Source: Candidatus Marinacidobacterium sp.
GTDB taxonomy: Bacteria; Acidobacteriota; Vicinamibacteria; Marinacidobacterales; Marinacidobacteraceae
NCBI GenBank assembly: GCA_965243415.1
Contig: OZ251549.1
Location: 626,239 to 690,238, forward strand
Direction of reading: 5' to 3'
Length of the DNA stretch: 64,000 nucleotides
Shown here: positions 18,122-27,579 of the stretch, piece after piece
Layout: each line of letters begins with the position of its first letter
Numbering within the stretch: the first letter of the stretch is position 1
Program-made: the position numbers and the translations under genes
Notes under the pieces: generated by a model
Told to the model about the DNA's origin: nothing
The model's database searches: none
Seen by the model: the letters and a program-made list of their open reading frames with translations, nothing else

Positions 18122-20209
18122 ATGCACCGAGGATCCGAAACCCGCCGCCGCGCGCGGCGTTCCCCCTTCGTCAGCCTCGCCCTCGGGGTCGGGCTGCTCG
18201 CGGTTCCGGGCCTGCTCTTCGCCCAGGAAGAGGAAGAGGCCGAAGCCGCCCCGCAGCCGGCGGAACTCATCGTCACTCCCGCCGAGGTGGAACTCGAAGT
18301 CGGAGACACGCTCACCCTCGAGGCGGAAGTGCTGGACGAGAACGGCGACCCGATGGATCGGACGGTCGTCTTCTTCTCCCGCCGCCGCCGCTCGGTGGGA
18401 GTGAACCCGGCCGGGATCGTCGAGGCCTACCGGCCCGGCGAGCACACCCTGATCGCCATGGTGCCGAAGGATCCGGAAGACCTCGACCGCCGCGCGGAGC
18501 CGGCGGTGCGGGTGGAGATCCCGGTCACCATCCCGAACCCGCCGGCGGCGGCGGTGTCGGTGACGAACCTGCCGGCGCACCTCTACACCGGCACCGAGAT
18601 CGCGCTGCGCACCGAGGTCGAGGACACTTCCGGGGCCCTCCGGAACGATGTGGAGGTCCGGTTCGCGACCGCCGACGATTCGGTGGCCGCGGTGGACGCC
18701 CTGGGCGTGCTCCGGCTCGCCGGGGAAGGGAGCACCACCCTCACCGTCAGCGCCGAGGCGGTTTCGAGCGACACCGAGATCACCGTTACGGCGAACCCGG
18801 TGCGGACGATCACGCTCTCGGGCGGTGAAACCGACGACCCGGTGCGCACCGGGGATGTGGTGTTCTTCAGCGCCGCAGCGCGGGACGCCGGCGGCGAGCC
18901 GGTGCCCGACTACCCGATCCAGTTCGCCACCCTCGGCACGCCGGCCGACGGGATCGTCGCTCCCGGCGCCATCGGCCAGATCACCGCCGACGGCGCCTTC
19001 GTCGCCGAGCGCTCGGGAACCCACACCGTGATCGCCGACGGCTTCACCCGCTCGGCGACGGCGACCCTGAAGGTCGTGTCCCGCCAGGTCCGCAAGGGCG
19101 TGGAAGTGCTGGGACAGGCGCCGGTGCGCGACCGCCACACTTCCGACCTGTGGGTCTGGGAAGGGACCGACGGGCGCGACTACGCGGTCACCGGCACCTG
19201 GGGCGCCGACGGCCACGCCTATTTCTGGGATGTGACCGATCCCTCGGCGATGAGCCTCATCGACACCGTCCGGGTGGACGCCCGCACGGTGAACGATGTG
19301 AAGGTCTCCGAGGACGGCAAGTTCTGCGTCATCAGCCGGGAAGGCGCTTCGAACCGCAAGAACGGACTCGTGATCCTCGATGTGAGCGACCCGCAGAACG
19401 GGGTGCAGGTCATCGCCCGCTACGACGACCAACTCAGCGGCGGCGTCCACAATGTGTTCATCGCCGAGAACCACATCTACGCGCTCTCCGCCGGCCGGCG
19501 TTACGACATCATCAACGCCGAAGACCCGACGAATCCCTACCGGGTGGGCCGGTTCGAGCTGGATACGCCCGGGCACTCGATCCACGATGTGTGGGTGGAG
19601 GACGGCATCGCCTACTCGTCGAACTGGGGCGACGGCGTCGTGGCGGTGGATGTCGGCGGCGGCGGCATGGGCGGCGCGCCGAACAACCCGGTACTGCTCG
19701 GCAGCACTCCCTACCCGAGCGGCTGGAACCATGCCGCCTACCCCTACCGCAGCCAGTCCACCGGCAAGTTCCTGATGATCGGCGGCGACGAGGCATTCCC
19801 CTACCAGACGATCGGGGAGGAGAACACGCCGAGCCGCGCCGCCGGCTGGATCCACATCTTCGAGTGGGAGGACTGGGACGAGCCGAAGGAAGTGGCGAGA
19901 TACCAGGTTCCGGAGGCCGGCACCCACAACCTCTGGGTCGAAGACGACCTGCTCTACATCGCCTACTACAACGGCGGCCTGCGAGTGGTGGACATCTCCG
20001 GCGAGTTGCGCGGCGACCTGTACCGCCAGGGACGCGAAGTCGCCATGTTCCTGCCGCAGGATCCGGAGAGTTTCATCCCCAACGCGCCGATGGTCTGGGG
20101 GCCGCAGCCGTACAAGGGCAACATCTTCATCGCCGACCACAACTCCGGTCTGTGGGCGGTGAAACTGGTGGACGCCGAGCCGGTCTATCTCGGCGAACCG
20201 CAGGACTGA
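18122..20209 (+). CDS. secreted Big_2 plus LVIVD-repeat beta-propeller protein, paralog B
   Basis: Same architecture as 14749-16860, with long identical stretches such as RDRHTSDLWVWEG.DGRDYAVTGTWGADGHAYFWDVTDP. Confidence 0.8.
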   Translation: MHRGSETRRRARRSPFVSLALGVGLLAVPGLLFAQEEEEAEAAPQPAELIVTPAEVELEVGDTLTLEAEVLDENGDPMDRTVVFFSRRRRSVGVNPAGIVEAYRPGEHTLIAMVPKDPEDLDRRAEPAVRVEIPVTIPNPPAAAVSVTNLPAHLYTGTEIALRTEVEDTSGALRNDVEVRFATADDSVAAVDALGVLRLAGEGSTTLTVSAEAVSSDTEITVTANPVRTITLSGGETDDPVRTGDVVFFSAAARDAGGEPVPDYPIQFATLGTPADGIVAPGAIGQITADGAFVAERSGTHTVIADGFTRSATATLKVVSRQVRKGVEVLGQAPVRDRHTSDLWVWEGTDGRDYAVTGTWGADGHAYFWDVTDPSAMSLIDTVRVDARTVNDVKVSEDGKFCVISREGASNRKNGLVILDVSDPQNGVQVIARYDDQLSGGVHNVFIAENHIYALSAGRRYDIINAEDPTNPYRVGRFELDTPGHSIHDVWVEDGIAYSSNWGDGVVAVDVGGGGMGGAPNNPVLLGSTPYPSGWNHAAYPYRSQSTGKFLMIGGDEAFPYQTIGEENTPSRAAGWIHIFEWEDWDEPKEVARYQVPEAGTHNLWVEDDLLYIAYYNGGLRVVDISGELRGDLYRQGREVAMFLPQDPESFIPNAPMVWGPQPYKGNIFIADHNSGLWAVKLVDAEPVYLGEPQD

Positions 20210-20268
20210 CCGCCGGTTCCGGAACGACCGGTAACGAGCCCGCGATCCGCAACGGGAGGACCCCGCCA

Positions 20269-20733
20269 ATGAAACGCGCCCACACGATCAGTTGGGTGAT
20301 CTTCGCGCTGCTCGGCGCGGCGACGCTCGTGGTCTCGCTGCTGTCGGTTACGGCCGCCTACCTGGATCCTTCCGGGGACCTGGTCGCCGGGAAGTACACC
20401 CCGGCCGAAGTGGCGAACGGCGACGAAGAGGTGGCGGCGGCGCTCTCCGCCCGCCGGGGAACCGCCGCCGCCTTCGCCGTCTCCTACGCGATCCTGCTGC
20501 TCTCCGTCGCTCTCGGCCCGTACCGGAAACGCCAAGGCGTCCGCGGCGCGTTCCTGGCGCTGGTCGTCGCCTCGGTCGCGAACGCGGTGGTGATCCTGCT
20601 GCGCGTACCGCTGCTCGGCGTCAGTTTCGGACTCGGCGCCGCCACCATCCCATTGGTGCTGGTGACGATCGCCACCGTATTCGGCCTGCGGACGAAGAAC
20701 CTGTCCTCCCCGAAGGAGACCGCGAGCGCCTGA
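20269..20733 (+). CDS. hypothetical integral membrane protein (about 4 TM)
   Basis: GGGAGGA RBS upstream of the ATG at 20269. Four hydrophobic segments. No family recognised. Confidence 0.6.
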   Translation: MKRAHTISWVIFALLGAATLVVSLLSVTAAYLDPSGDLVAGKYTPAEVANGDEEVAAALSARRGTAAAFAVSYAILLLSVALGPYRKRQGVRGAFLALVVASVANAVVILLRVPLLGVSFGLGAATIPLVLVTIATVFGLRTKNLSSPKETASA

Positions 20734-20884
20734 GCCGTCTCCGGGGGCCGCATCCCGGCCTCCGGGGCGGCGGAGCCGGGGGTCGGGAGATGGCGGCGCT
20801 GCCCATTCGTTCGCCGGCGGGACTCCATTCCCGGCGAAGCCCCTCCCCCGAGCGCGCCCTCGACGAACGAACGACCCCGATCCG

Positions 20885-21394
20885 ATGACCGCGCCCCCGA
20901 TGAAACGGCACGCGGGACTGGTCCCGCTCTCCCGCGACCACCACGACGGGCTGGTGATGGCCCGGCGGTTGATCCTGGGAAAGGGACTGAGCGAGCGCGA
21001 CGAGTGGCCGACCGACCCGGCGGAGCAGGTGGCGCGCCTCGCGGAGTTCTTCGAGACCGACCTTCGGCCGCACTTCGAGGCCGAAGAGACCTGCGTCTTC
21101 CCGATCGCCGCCCGGACGCTGCCCGAAGGCGAAGCCCTGGTGGCCGCGCTCCTCGCCGACCACCGCGCTCTCGAAGCGATGCTGGCGAGTCTCTCCGCCG
21201 CTCCCATCTCCGGGCGGTCCGCGGCGGACCGGGAACGCCGGCTCGCCGCCTTCGGGGAACTCCTGCAGGCCCACATCCACACCGAGGAGCGCGTGCTCTT
21301 CGAACGGATGCAGGCGGCCGGAGCCCCCGACGAGTTGGAGGCGGTCGGCGCCCGACTGGCGGAGCGCCGCGCCGCGACCGGGCCCTCGGCATAG
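20885..21394 (+). CDS. hemerythrin HHE cation-binding domain protein
   Basis: LSRDHHDGL, HFEAEE and HIHTEERVLF motifs, typical of hemerythrin-like metal ligands. The start could instead be the internal Met at 20900. Confidence 0.7.
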   Translation: MTAPPMKRHAGLVPLSRDHHDGLVMARRLILGKGLSERDEWPTDPAEQVARLAEFFETDLRPHFEAEETCVFPIAARTLPEGEALVAALLADHRALEAMLASLSAAPISGRSAADRERRLAAFGELLQAHIHTEERVLFERMQAAGAPDELEAVGARLAERRAATGPSA

Positions 21395-21745
21395 AGCGGT
21401 TCGCCCCCGGGATCTCACGCCGCGCCTCGATGGAGAAGGCGTTTGTCGGCGCCCCGCGCACGGAGGGCGTCGTCCCGCCAGTCGGATTGAACAGGACGGC
21501 AACAGTCGGCACACCGTGCGCGGAGGGCGTCGGCATCCGGCTCCGGCAGCGGGCCGGCGGGTCGCGGCCCCTTCGGTAGTCCCGATCGTCGGTCGCCGGG
21601 CCGGATCGGCGTCGGACAGCGAGCGGGAGCGCGCCGGCGGGAACGACGGCCGACAGGAAGGGCTCCGGGGCGGAACCGATCCGGTCCGACCGTCGGCCGG
21701 CCGGGCGGCGCGGGAGTCGTCCCGGAAGCGCGCTCCCCCCAGGGA

Positions 21746-24253
21746 TCAGGTCATCCCGGTGCGGATGTGGGCCGGCATCGAGGCGACGACCGCCTGGTTC
21801 CGGGCGCTGTCCCAGAAGTAGTAGATGCGCAGGCACCGCCGCGGGTCGTGGGTGGAGCCGCCGCTCTTGATGTGCCAGTCCACCCGCCGGGACTTCCCCC
21901 GCCACTTGACCGCGAAGGCGTCGCCGCCGCAGCGGGCGTTGTGGACGCCGTCTTCCACCGTCGGGCGGCGGTCCGCCGGCTTGCGGCCCAGCCGGCCATC
22001 GCGGAAGTCGTTCGCCAGCCAGAGCAGGCACCGGGCAGCGAGCGGGACATCGGCGAACTGCGCCCGCTTCACTTCGCGCTGGGCGCGGGGGGTGAGGAGC
22101 ACCTTCCCGGCGAGTTGGGTCTCGCACCACTCGTTGAACCGGGCCCACTCGGTGGGGAGCGGGGCCTGCGGGTGCGGGTCTTCGCCGAGGTCGAGGAGCC
22201 GGTCGGCGAGCGCCTGCTGCTGAGCGATGGACAGGTCGAACCGCCGTTCGGCTTCGTCGGCGCGCTCCTGGGCTTCCGCCAACTCGTCCAGCGACTTGGC
22301 CTTCTCCTGCTCGGTGCGGGTGAGGAGGCGCCGCACCGAGTCCACTTCGAGACTGAGCGTCCGGACTTCCTTCTCCAAGCGGGTGCGCTCCTCGTCTTCC
22401 GCCGGGGCCGCGGCGGGCGGCGGCTCCTCCGGGGTGACCGGAGCGGGTTCCGGCTCCGGCTCCGGCGGCTTCGGCTTCGGCTCCGGGAGCGCGAGCGCCG
22501 GCTTCGGTTTCGCGCCGAAGAGGGAGCGGAGACCCGTCAGGAGTCGGGCGAAGAAGCCGGGGCCCGCCGGTTCCGGTGAGGTCTCGGCCGGTTTCGGGGC
22601 CGAAGCCTCGGCGGGCGGCGATTCCCCAGCCGACCCGGGAGACGACTCGGACGGGAATTCAGGCGAGGTCGTTTCGGACGCGGTTCCCGGTGGCGCCAGT
22701 CCCGGAGCGGAGGGCGTCGGGACCGTTTCCGGCGTCGGGCGGGCGGGCGCGGGGGGCTCCGCGCTCGCCGGCGGGGGCGTCGCCGGGGGCGCGGCCGCTG
22801 CCGGAGGCGCCGGCGGCGGCGGCTCCGCCCGGGGCGCGGTCGGCCGCGGCTCGGCGGGCGGCAGGCGGGTCGGCGGAGGCTTGGTCGGGAACCGCGGCGG
22901 GGTTCGGCCGGGGAAGTACGCCGGCCGCTCCGGCGGCGCCGGGGCCCGGGTGGAGGCGGGCGGGCGGGCGGCGGGTCGGGGAGCGCTGTGCACCGAACGC
23001 GCCCAGAACGGCTGCCGGGGGGCGGGCGGCTCCGGCGGGGGCAGATCCGGGTCGGGCAGATCCGGACCGGGCAGATCCGGACGGGAAGGCGGGGGCTCTG
23101 CCGGAACGCTCGGAACGGCGGCCGCCGGCGGGGCCATCGGATTCGGGCCCGCGGCCGGACTCGGACCCGGCTCGGGACGCGCCGCCGCGGCCACCCGGGC
23201 CGGGACGACCGGCGGCGCCGCCACCGGGGGAGCGGGCGCGGGCGCCGGACCGGCCGGGACCGGTTCGCCGACCGCCGGCGTCGGCGCGGCGCCCTCCGTC
23301 CCGGAGTACTCCGCGTTCGCCATCCGCCGGACTTCTTCGAACGGGAGTTCCGGCTGCGACTCCAGGCTCATCGCCGCCACCGAACGCAGGATGGAGTTCG
23401 TGGTCCGCTCGATCGCTTCCGGGTCGGAGAGGCTCAGCCCCAGGATCAGCCGGTGGTCGCGCTCGTTCGCCTGCGCGGTGAACCCCGGCAGGTAGATGCG
23501 CACCGCCCCCTGGTACACCGAGAGCCGCCGCCCGAAGCGGTCGGTCAACTCCCAGGCGTACTCCGCCGGGATCACCGCCACCAGCGCCAGCCCCAGGCAG
23601 GAGCGGGCCAGCCGCTCGGCGTCGAGGGCCGGCTGGTGCGGGTCGGCGGCGTCGTCGGGCACCGAGAGCGCCAGGATCGGCAGCCGCCGCTGGGGGTCGG
23701 TGAGCCGGGCGCAGAACCGCTCCGCGTCGGGGGTGGAGTTCACCAGCCAGGGCTCCCCGGTGACCGGGACGCCGAACTGCCGGAGTTCCAGCACCGAGGC
23801 CAGCCGCACCGCCAGTTCCGGCACCTTCGGCTCCAGGTAGCGGGCGTCCACGCCGTTCGAGGCGCGCAGCAGCCGCAGGTGGAACACCGGCGGCGCCCCC
23901 GGACTCCAGCCCACCCCGGCCTCGGTGACCCAGGCGTCGGCGGGGGCGGAGGGATCGGGGCTCCGCAGCCGGACCGCCCAGAGGTCGTGTCCTTCCCGGA
24001 GGACCCGCACCGCCTGGCAGTGGCTGCCGCCCTGCCGGAAACTGAAGGTGCCGTGGTCCGCCGCTTCGGGGGGCAGCGCGCCCGGTACCCGGGACGCGAT
24101 CCAGTCGTGGATCGTCGCCCGGCAGGTATGGGCCGCTATGCGGTCGTCGTCCGCCGCGATCTCCGCGGCGAGTCGAAGGATGCCGGTCTCCGGCGTTTCC
24201 CGCGCGGCGGCGATGGATTGATGTAATGCCTTGAATGAATCGAATCGAGCCAT
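21746..24253 (-). CDS. orphan 835-aa protein: N-terminal globular domain, ~300-aa Pro/Ala-rich linker, coiled coil, small C-terminal domain
   Basis: Single uninterrupted ORF. The N-terminal ~320 aa and C-terminal ~130 aa have normal composition. The middle is PAPxP low complexity. The EEERTRLEKEVRTLSLEVDSVRRLL..DELAEAQERADEAERRF segment is heptad-like. No family recognised. Confidence 0.6.
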   Translation of the reverse strand: MARFDSFKALHQSIAAARETPETGILRLAAEIAADDDRIAAHTCRATIHDWIASRVPGALPPEAADHGTFSFRQGGSHCQAVRVLREGHDLWAVRLRSPDPSAPADAWVTEAGVGWSPGAPPVFHLRLLRASNGVDARYLEPKVPELAVRLASVLELRQFGVPVTGEPWLVNSTPDAERFCARLTDPQRRLPILALSVPDDAADPHQPALDAERLARSCLGLALVAVIPAEYAWELTDRFGRRLSVYQGAVRIYLPGFTAQANERDHRLILGLSLSDPEAIERTTNSILRSVAAMSLESQPELPFEEVRRMANAEYSGTEGAAPTPAVGEPVPAGPAPAPAPPVAAPPVVPARVAAAARPEPGPSPAAGPNPMAPPAAAVPSVPAEPPPSRPDLPGPDLPDPDLPPPEPPAPRQPFWARSVHSAPRPAARPPASTRAPAPPERPAYFPGRTPPRFPTKPPPTRLPPAEPRPTAPRAEPPPPAPPAAAAPPATPPPASAEPPAPARPTPETVPTPSAPGLAPPGTASETTSPEFPSESSPGSAGESPPAEASAPKPAETSPEPAGPGFFARLLTGLRSLFGAKPKPALALPEPKPKPPEPEPEPAPVTPEEPPPAAAPAEDEERTRLEKEVRTLSLEVDSVRRLLTRTEQEKAKSLDELAEAQERADEAERRFDLSIAQQQALADRLLDLGEDPHPQAPLPTEWARFNEWCETQLAGKVLLTPRAQREVKRAQFADVPLAARCLLWLANDFRDGRLGRKPADRRPTVEDGVHNARCGGDAFAVKWRGKSRRVDWHIKSGGSTHDPRRCLRIYYFWDSARNQAVVASMPAHIRTGMT

Positions 24254-24450
24254 GAACTCTCCTTCCGGCGTCCTCCGGGTTGCCCGGGCGAATTAATAGC
24301 CGCTGCAGCCGACCGACCGGGGCCGCGGGCGGTTCCGGCACCGATCGCCGGCAGGGCCCCGGGCGCCGGCGCCGGCCCTCCGGGGCGGCCCGGAACACCC
24401 CCTCCGGCCGCCCCGAAACGCCGATTCCACTTGGTATTCTCGCCTTCGAG

Positions 24451-27400
24451 ATGAACGACCTGGCGCGCGCCCTGGCCTCCCGCATCGAGGGCCGCGTCCG
24501 CTTCGACCGGGCCTCCCGGCTGCTCTACTCGACCGACGCCAGCATCTACCAGATCGAGCCGCTGGGAGTGGTGATCCCCCGCCACGCCGGCGATGTGGCC
24601 GAGGCGGTCCGCGCCGCCGCCGAGGCCGGCGCGCCGGTGCTCCCCCGGGGCGGGGGCACCTCGCTCGCCGGGCAGGCGGTCGGCGAAGCGGTGGTCCTCG
24701 ACCTCTCCACCGAGTTCCACCGGGTCCTGGAAGTGAACCGGGAGGAACTCTGGGCGCGGGTCCAGCCGGGGGTGGTGCAGGACGCGCTGGGGGCGGCGCT
24801 GGCCCCGCTGGGGCTGCGGTTCGGGCCGGAGACCTCCACCTCGAACCGGGCGAACCTGGGCGGGATGATCGGGAACAACTCCGCCGGCGCCCGCTCGCTG
24901 GTGTACGGGAAGACGGTGGAGAACCTGCTCGAGGCCACCGTGGTCTTCCCCGACGGCTCCCTGGAGACGCTGTCCTGGATGCGCTGGGAGGACCTGCGCC
25001 GCCGCGCCGCCGCCGCCGCGCGCCGGGGCGCCGGGGATCCGCTCTCCCGGCTGATCGTCGCCGTCTGCGCCCTCCGGGACGAATTCGCGGACGACATCCG
25101 GGAGCGGTTCCCGCGGATACCCCGGCGGGTGTCCGGCTACAACCTCGATGTCCTGCTCGACCCCGGCGGGGTGAACCTGGCCCACCTGGTCGCCGGCTCC
25201 GAGGGCACGCTGGGGGTGGTGGTCGAGGCGAAGGTGCGGCTCCACCGGCTGCCGGAGGCGGTGGGGCTGGCGGTGCTCCACTTCGACGGCCTCCTGCCGG
25301 CGCTCGAAGCGGGGGTGGAGGCGCTGGAATTCGGCCCCACCGCGGTGGAGTTGGTGGACGGGATGGTGCTGCGGCTGGCCCGGGAATCCCTCGAGTACTC
25401 CCGCCGGCTGGGCTTCGTCTCCGGGGAGCCGGAAGCGCTGATCCTGGTGGAGTTCGCCGGGCGCAACCGGGGCGAGTTGGTCTCCCGGATGGCGCGGCTG
25501 GAGGAGCGGCTCGGGAAGCGGGGGCAGCCGCTGCTGCGGATGCTGGACCCCGCCGCGCAGAAGAATGTCTGGCAGGTGCGGAAGGCGGCCCTGCCCCTGC
25601 TGCTGAGTCTGCCCGGCGACGAGAAGCCCATCGCCTTCGTCGAGGACACCGCCGTCGAACCGGCGCGCCTGCCGGAGTTCATCGCCCGGTTCGAGGAGAT
25701 CCTCGCCGGACGGGCCACGAAAGGCAGTTTCTACGCCCACGCCGGGGCCGGCTGCCTCCACATCCGCCCGCTCATCAACCTGAAGAAGCCGGAAGAAGTG
25801 CGGAAGATGGCGGAGTTGGCGAAGGAGGTCTGCGACCTGGTGCTCGACTTCGGCGGCTCCATGAGCGGCGAACACGGGGACGGGCTGGCGCGCAGCCACT
25901 TCAACGAACGGGTCTTCGGCCCGCGGGTGTACCAGGCGTTCCGGCGGTTGAAGGCGGCGTTCGACCCCGACGGGATCATGAATCCGGGCAAGGTGGTGGA
26001 CGCCCCGGCGATGACCGAGAACCTGCGTTACGGGGAGTGGATGCGGCCGCAGGAATTGCCGGTGGTGTTCCCCTATCCGCGGGAGCGGGGGTTCACCGGG
26101 GCGGTCGAGTTGTGCAACGGCGCCGGGGTCTGCCGGAAGGAACTCGCCGGGACGATGTGCCCGTCGTTCATGGTGACCCGGGAGGAGGAGCACTCGACCC
26201 GGGGGCGGGCGAACCTGCTGCGGGCGCTGCTGGACGGGCGGCTGCCGCCGGGCGCGGAGTCGGAAGAACGGGTGCTGGGGGCGCTCGATCTGTGTCTTTC
26301 CTGCAAGGCGTGCAAGGCCGAGTGCCCCTCCGGGGTGGATATGGCGCGGCTGAAGTCGGACTTCCTGGCGCACCACTACCGGGGGCGGCGGCGCCCGTTC
26401 GCCGACCGGGTGTTCGGGGCGCCGGACGCGGTGGCCCGCTGGTCGCGGCGGCTGGGGCTGCTCCCGGGGTGGCTGGTGCGGCTGCGGGAGGGGCGCGGGG
26501 GCGCTGCGGGCGGCGGGAACGGGCGCGGGGGGGGCGGGTTCGTTTCGCGGCTGGTGAGCCGGTCGCTGGAGCGGACGCTGGGGCTCGACCCGCGCCGGAG
26601 CCTGCCGATGCCGGCCCGGGAGCCCTTCACCCGCTGGTTCGCCCGGAACGCCGCCGCCGGGCAGCCGGAGCAGCCGCGGGCGGAGGTGGCGCTCTTCCCG
26701 GACACCTTCACGAACTTCTTCGAGCCCGAGGTCGGGGCCGCCGCCTGCCGGGCGTTGTGGGCGCTCGACACCCGGGTGCTGCTGGCCCCGGAGGTCTGCT
26801 GCGGGCGGCCGGCGATCTCCCGGGGGATGCTCGACCGCGCCCGGCGGTTGGCGGCGCGGAGCGTCCGGGCGCTCTCCGGGTTCGCGGAGGCGGGGACGCC
26901 GATCGTGGGGCTGGAGCCGTCCTGTCTCTTCACCTTCCGCGACGAGTTGCCGGACCTGGTTCCCGAGCGGGAGCGGGAGGCGGCAGAGCGGATCGGGCGG
27001 CAGGCGCTGCTGTTCGACGAGTTCGTGGCGCGGGAGGCGGACCGGGTGCGGGATTTGGCCGGGAAGCGGGCGGCGCGTCGGGCGGGTGTCGGGAGGGCTG
27101 GCGCGGCAGCGTCCGCCGGGACGGGCGCCGGCGCGGAGGGACAGGTCGTCGCCCACGGCCACTGCCACCAGAAGGCGTTCTGCGGCACCGGCCCGCTGAC
27201 GACGGCGCTGGAAGCCACCGGGGCGCGGGTCACCACGCTGGACTCCGGCTGCTGCGGCATGGCCGGCAGTTTCGGCTACACGGCCGACCACTTCGAGTTG
27301 TCCCTGGCGGTCGGCGAACGCCGCCTCTTCCCCGCCGTACGCGAGATGTCCGCCCCGGACACCCTGGTCGCCGCCGGGACTTCCTGCCGCCACCAGTTGC

Positions 27401-27471
27401 GCGACGCCGTAGGCCGCGACGCCCTCCACCCCGCCCAATTCATCGCCCGCGCCATCACTCCGGGAGACTGA
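24451..27471 (+). CDS. FAD-binding oxidase fused to 4Fe-4S/CCG domains (GlcD-GlpC-type 2-hydroxyacid dehydrogenase)
   Basis: FAD_binding_4-like PRGGGTSLAGQ; CLSCKACKAECPSGVD ferredoxin motif; C-terminal Cys-rich CCG-like repeats (EPSC, CCGMAGSFG). Confidence 0.85.
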   Translation: MNDLARALASRIEGRVRFDRASRLLYSTDASIYQIEPLGVVIPRHAGDVAEAVRAAAEAGAPVLPRGGGTSLAGQAVGEAVVLDLSTEFHRVLEVNREELWARVQPGVVQDALGAALAPLGLRFGPETSTSNRANLGGMIGNNSAGARSLVYGKTVENLLEATVVFPDGSLETLSWMRWEDLRRRAAAAARRGAGDPLSRLIVAVCALRDEFADDIRERFPRIPRRVSGYNLDVLLDPGGVNLAHLVAGSEGTLGVVVEAKVRLHRLPEAVGLAVLHFDGLLPALEAGVEALEFGPTAVELVDGMVLRLARESLEYSRRLGFVSGEPEALILVEFAGRNRGELVSRMARLEERLGKRGQPLLRMLDPAAQKNVWQVRKAALPLLLSLPGDEKPIAFVEDTAVEPARLPEFIARFEEILAGRATKGSFYAHAGAGCLHIRPLINLKKPEEVRKMAELAKEVCDLVLDFGGSMSGEHGDGLARSHFNERVFGPRVYQAFRRLKAAFDPDGIMNPGKVVDAPAMTENLRYGEWMRPQELPVVFPYPRERGFTGAVELCNGAGVCRKELAGTMCPSFMVTREEEHSTRGRANLLRALLDGRLPPGAESEERVLGALDLCLSCKACKAECPSGVDMARLKSDFLAHHYRGRRRPFADRVFGAPDAVARWSRRLGLLPGWLVRLREGRGGAAGGGNGRGGGGFVSRLVSRSLERTLGLDPRRSLPMPAREPFTRWFARNAAAGQPEQPRAEVALFPDTFTNFFEPEVGAAACRALWALDTRVLLAPEVCCGRPAISRGMLDRARRLAARSVRALSGFAEAGTPIVGLEPSCLFTFRDELPDLVPEREREAAERIGRQALLFDEFVAREADRVRDLAGKRAARRAGVGRAGAAASAGTGAGAEGQVVAHGHCHQKAFCGTGPLTTALEATGARVTTLDSGCCGMAGSFGYTADHFELSLAVGERRLFPAVREMSAPDTLVAAGTSCRHQLRDAVGRDALHPAQFIARAITPGD

Positions 27472-27579
27472 ACCGACCAGCGCATCGCGGACCCCCACTC
27501 ATCCCGGCCCGTGCTCGATATCATGCGATTTCGCTTCCGGCTCTGACCGAGCCGCCCGGCTCTTCGAGGAGGGCCATCC

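Noticed and set aside
11862-20269. Long minus-strand ORFs 11862-15215, 14566-16773 and 17960-20269
   Set aside because: These are shadow frames opposite the Rieske, racemase-family and Big_2/LVIVD genes. Their composition is Arg/Pro/Gly-biased and they have no motifs.
22227-24485. Plus- and minus-strand alternative ORFs over the orphan gene (22227-23495, 22576-23481, 22988-24226, 22659-24485)
   Set aside because: All are Gly/Arg/Ala-rich low complexity generated by the proline-codon-rich (CCG/GGC) repeats. Only the 21746-24253 minus frame has normally composed terminal domains.
24136-27498. 1120-aa minus-strand ORF opposite the FAD/Fe-S oxidase
   Set aside because: It is a shadow frame. The plus strand carries FAD-binding, 4Fe-4S and CCG motifs.
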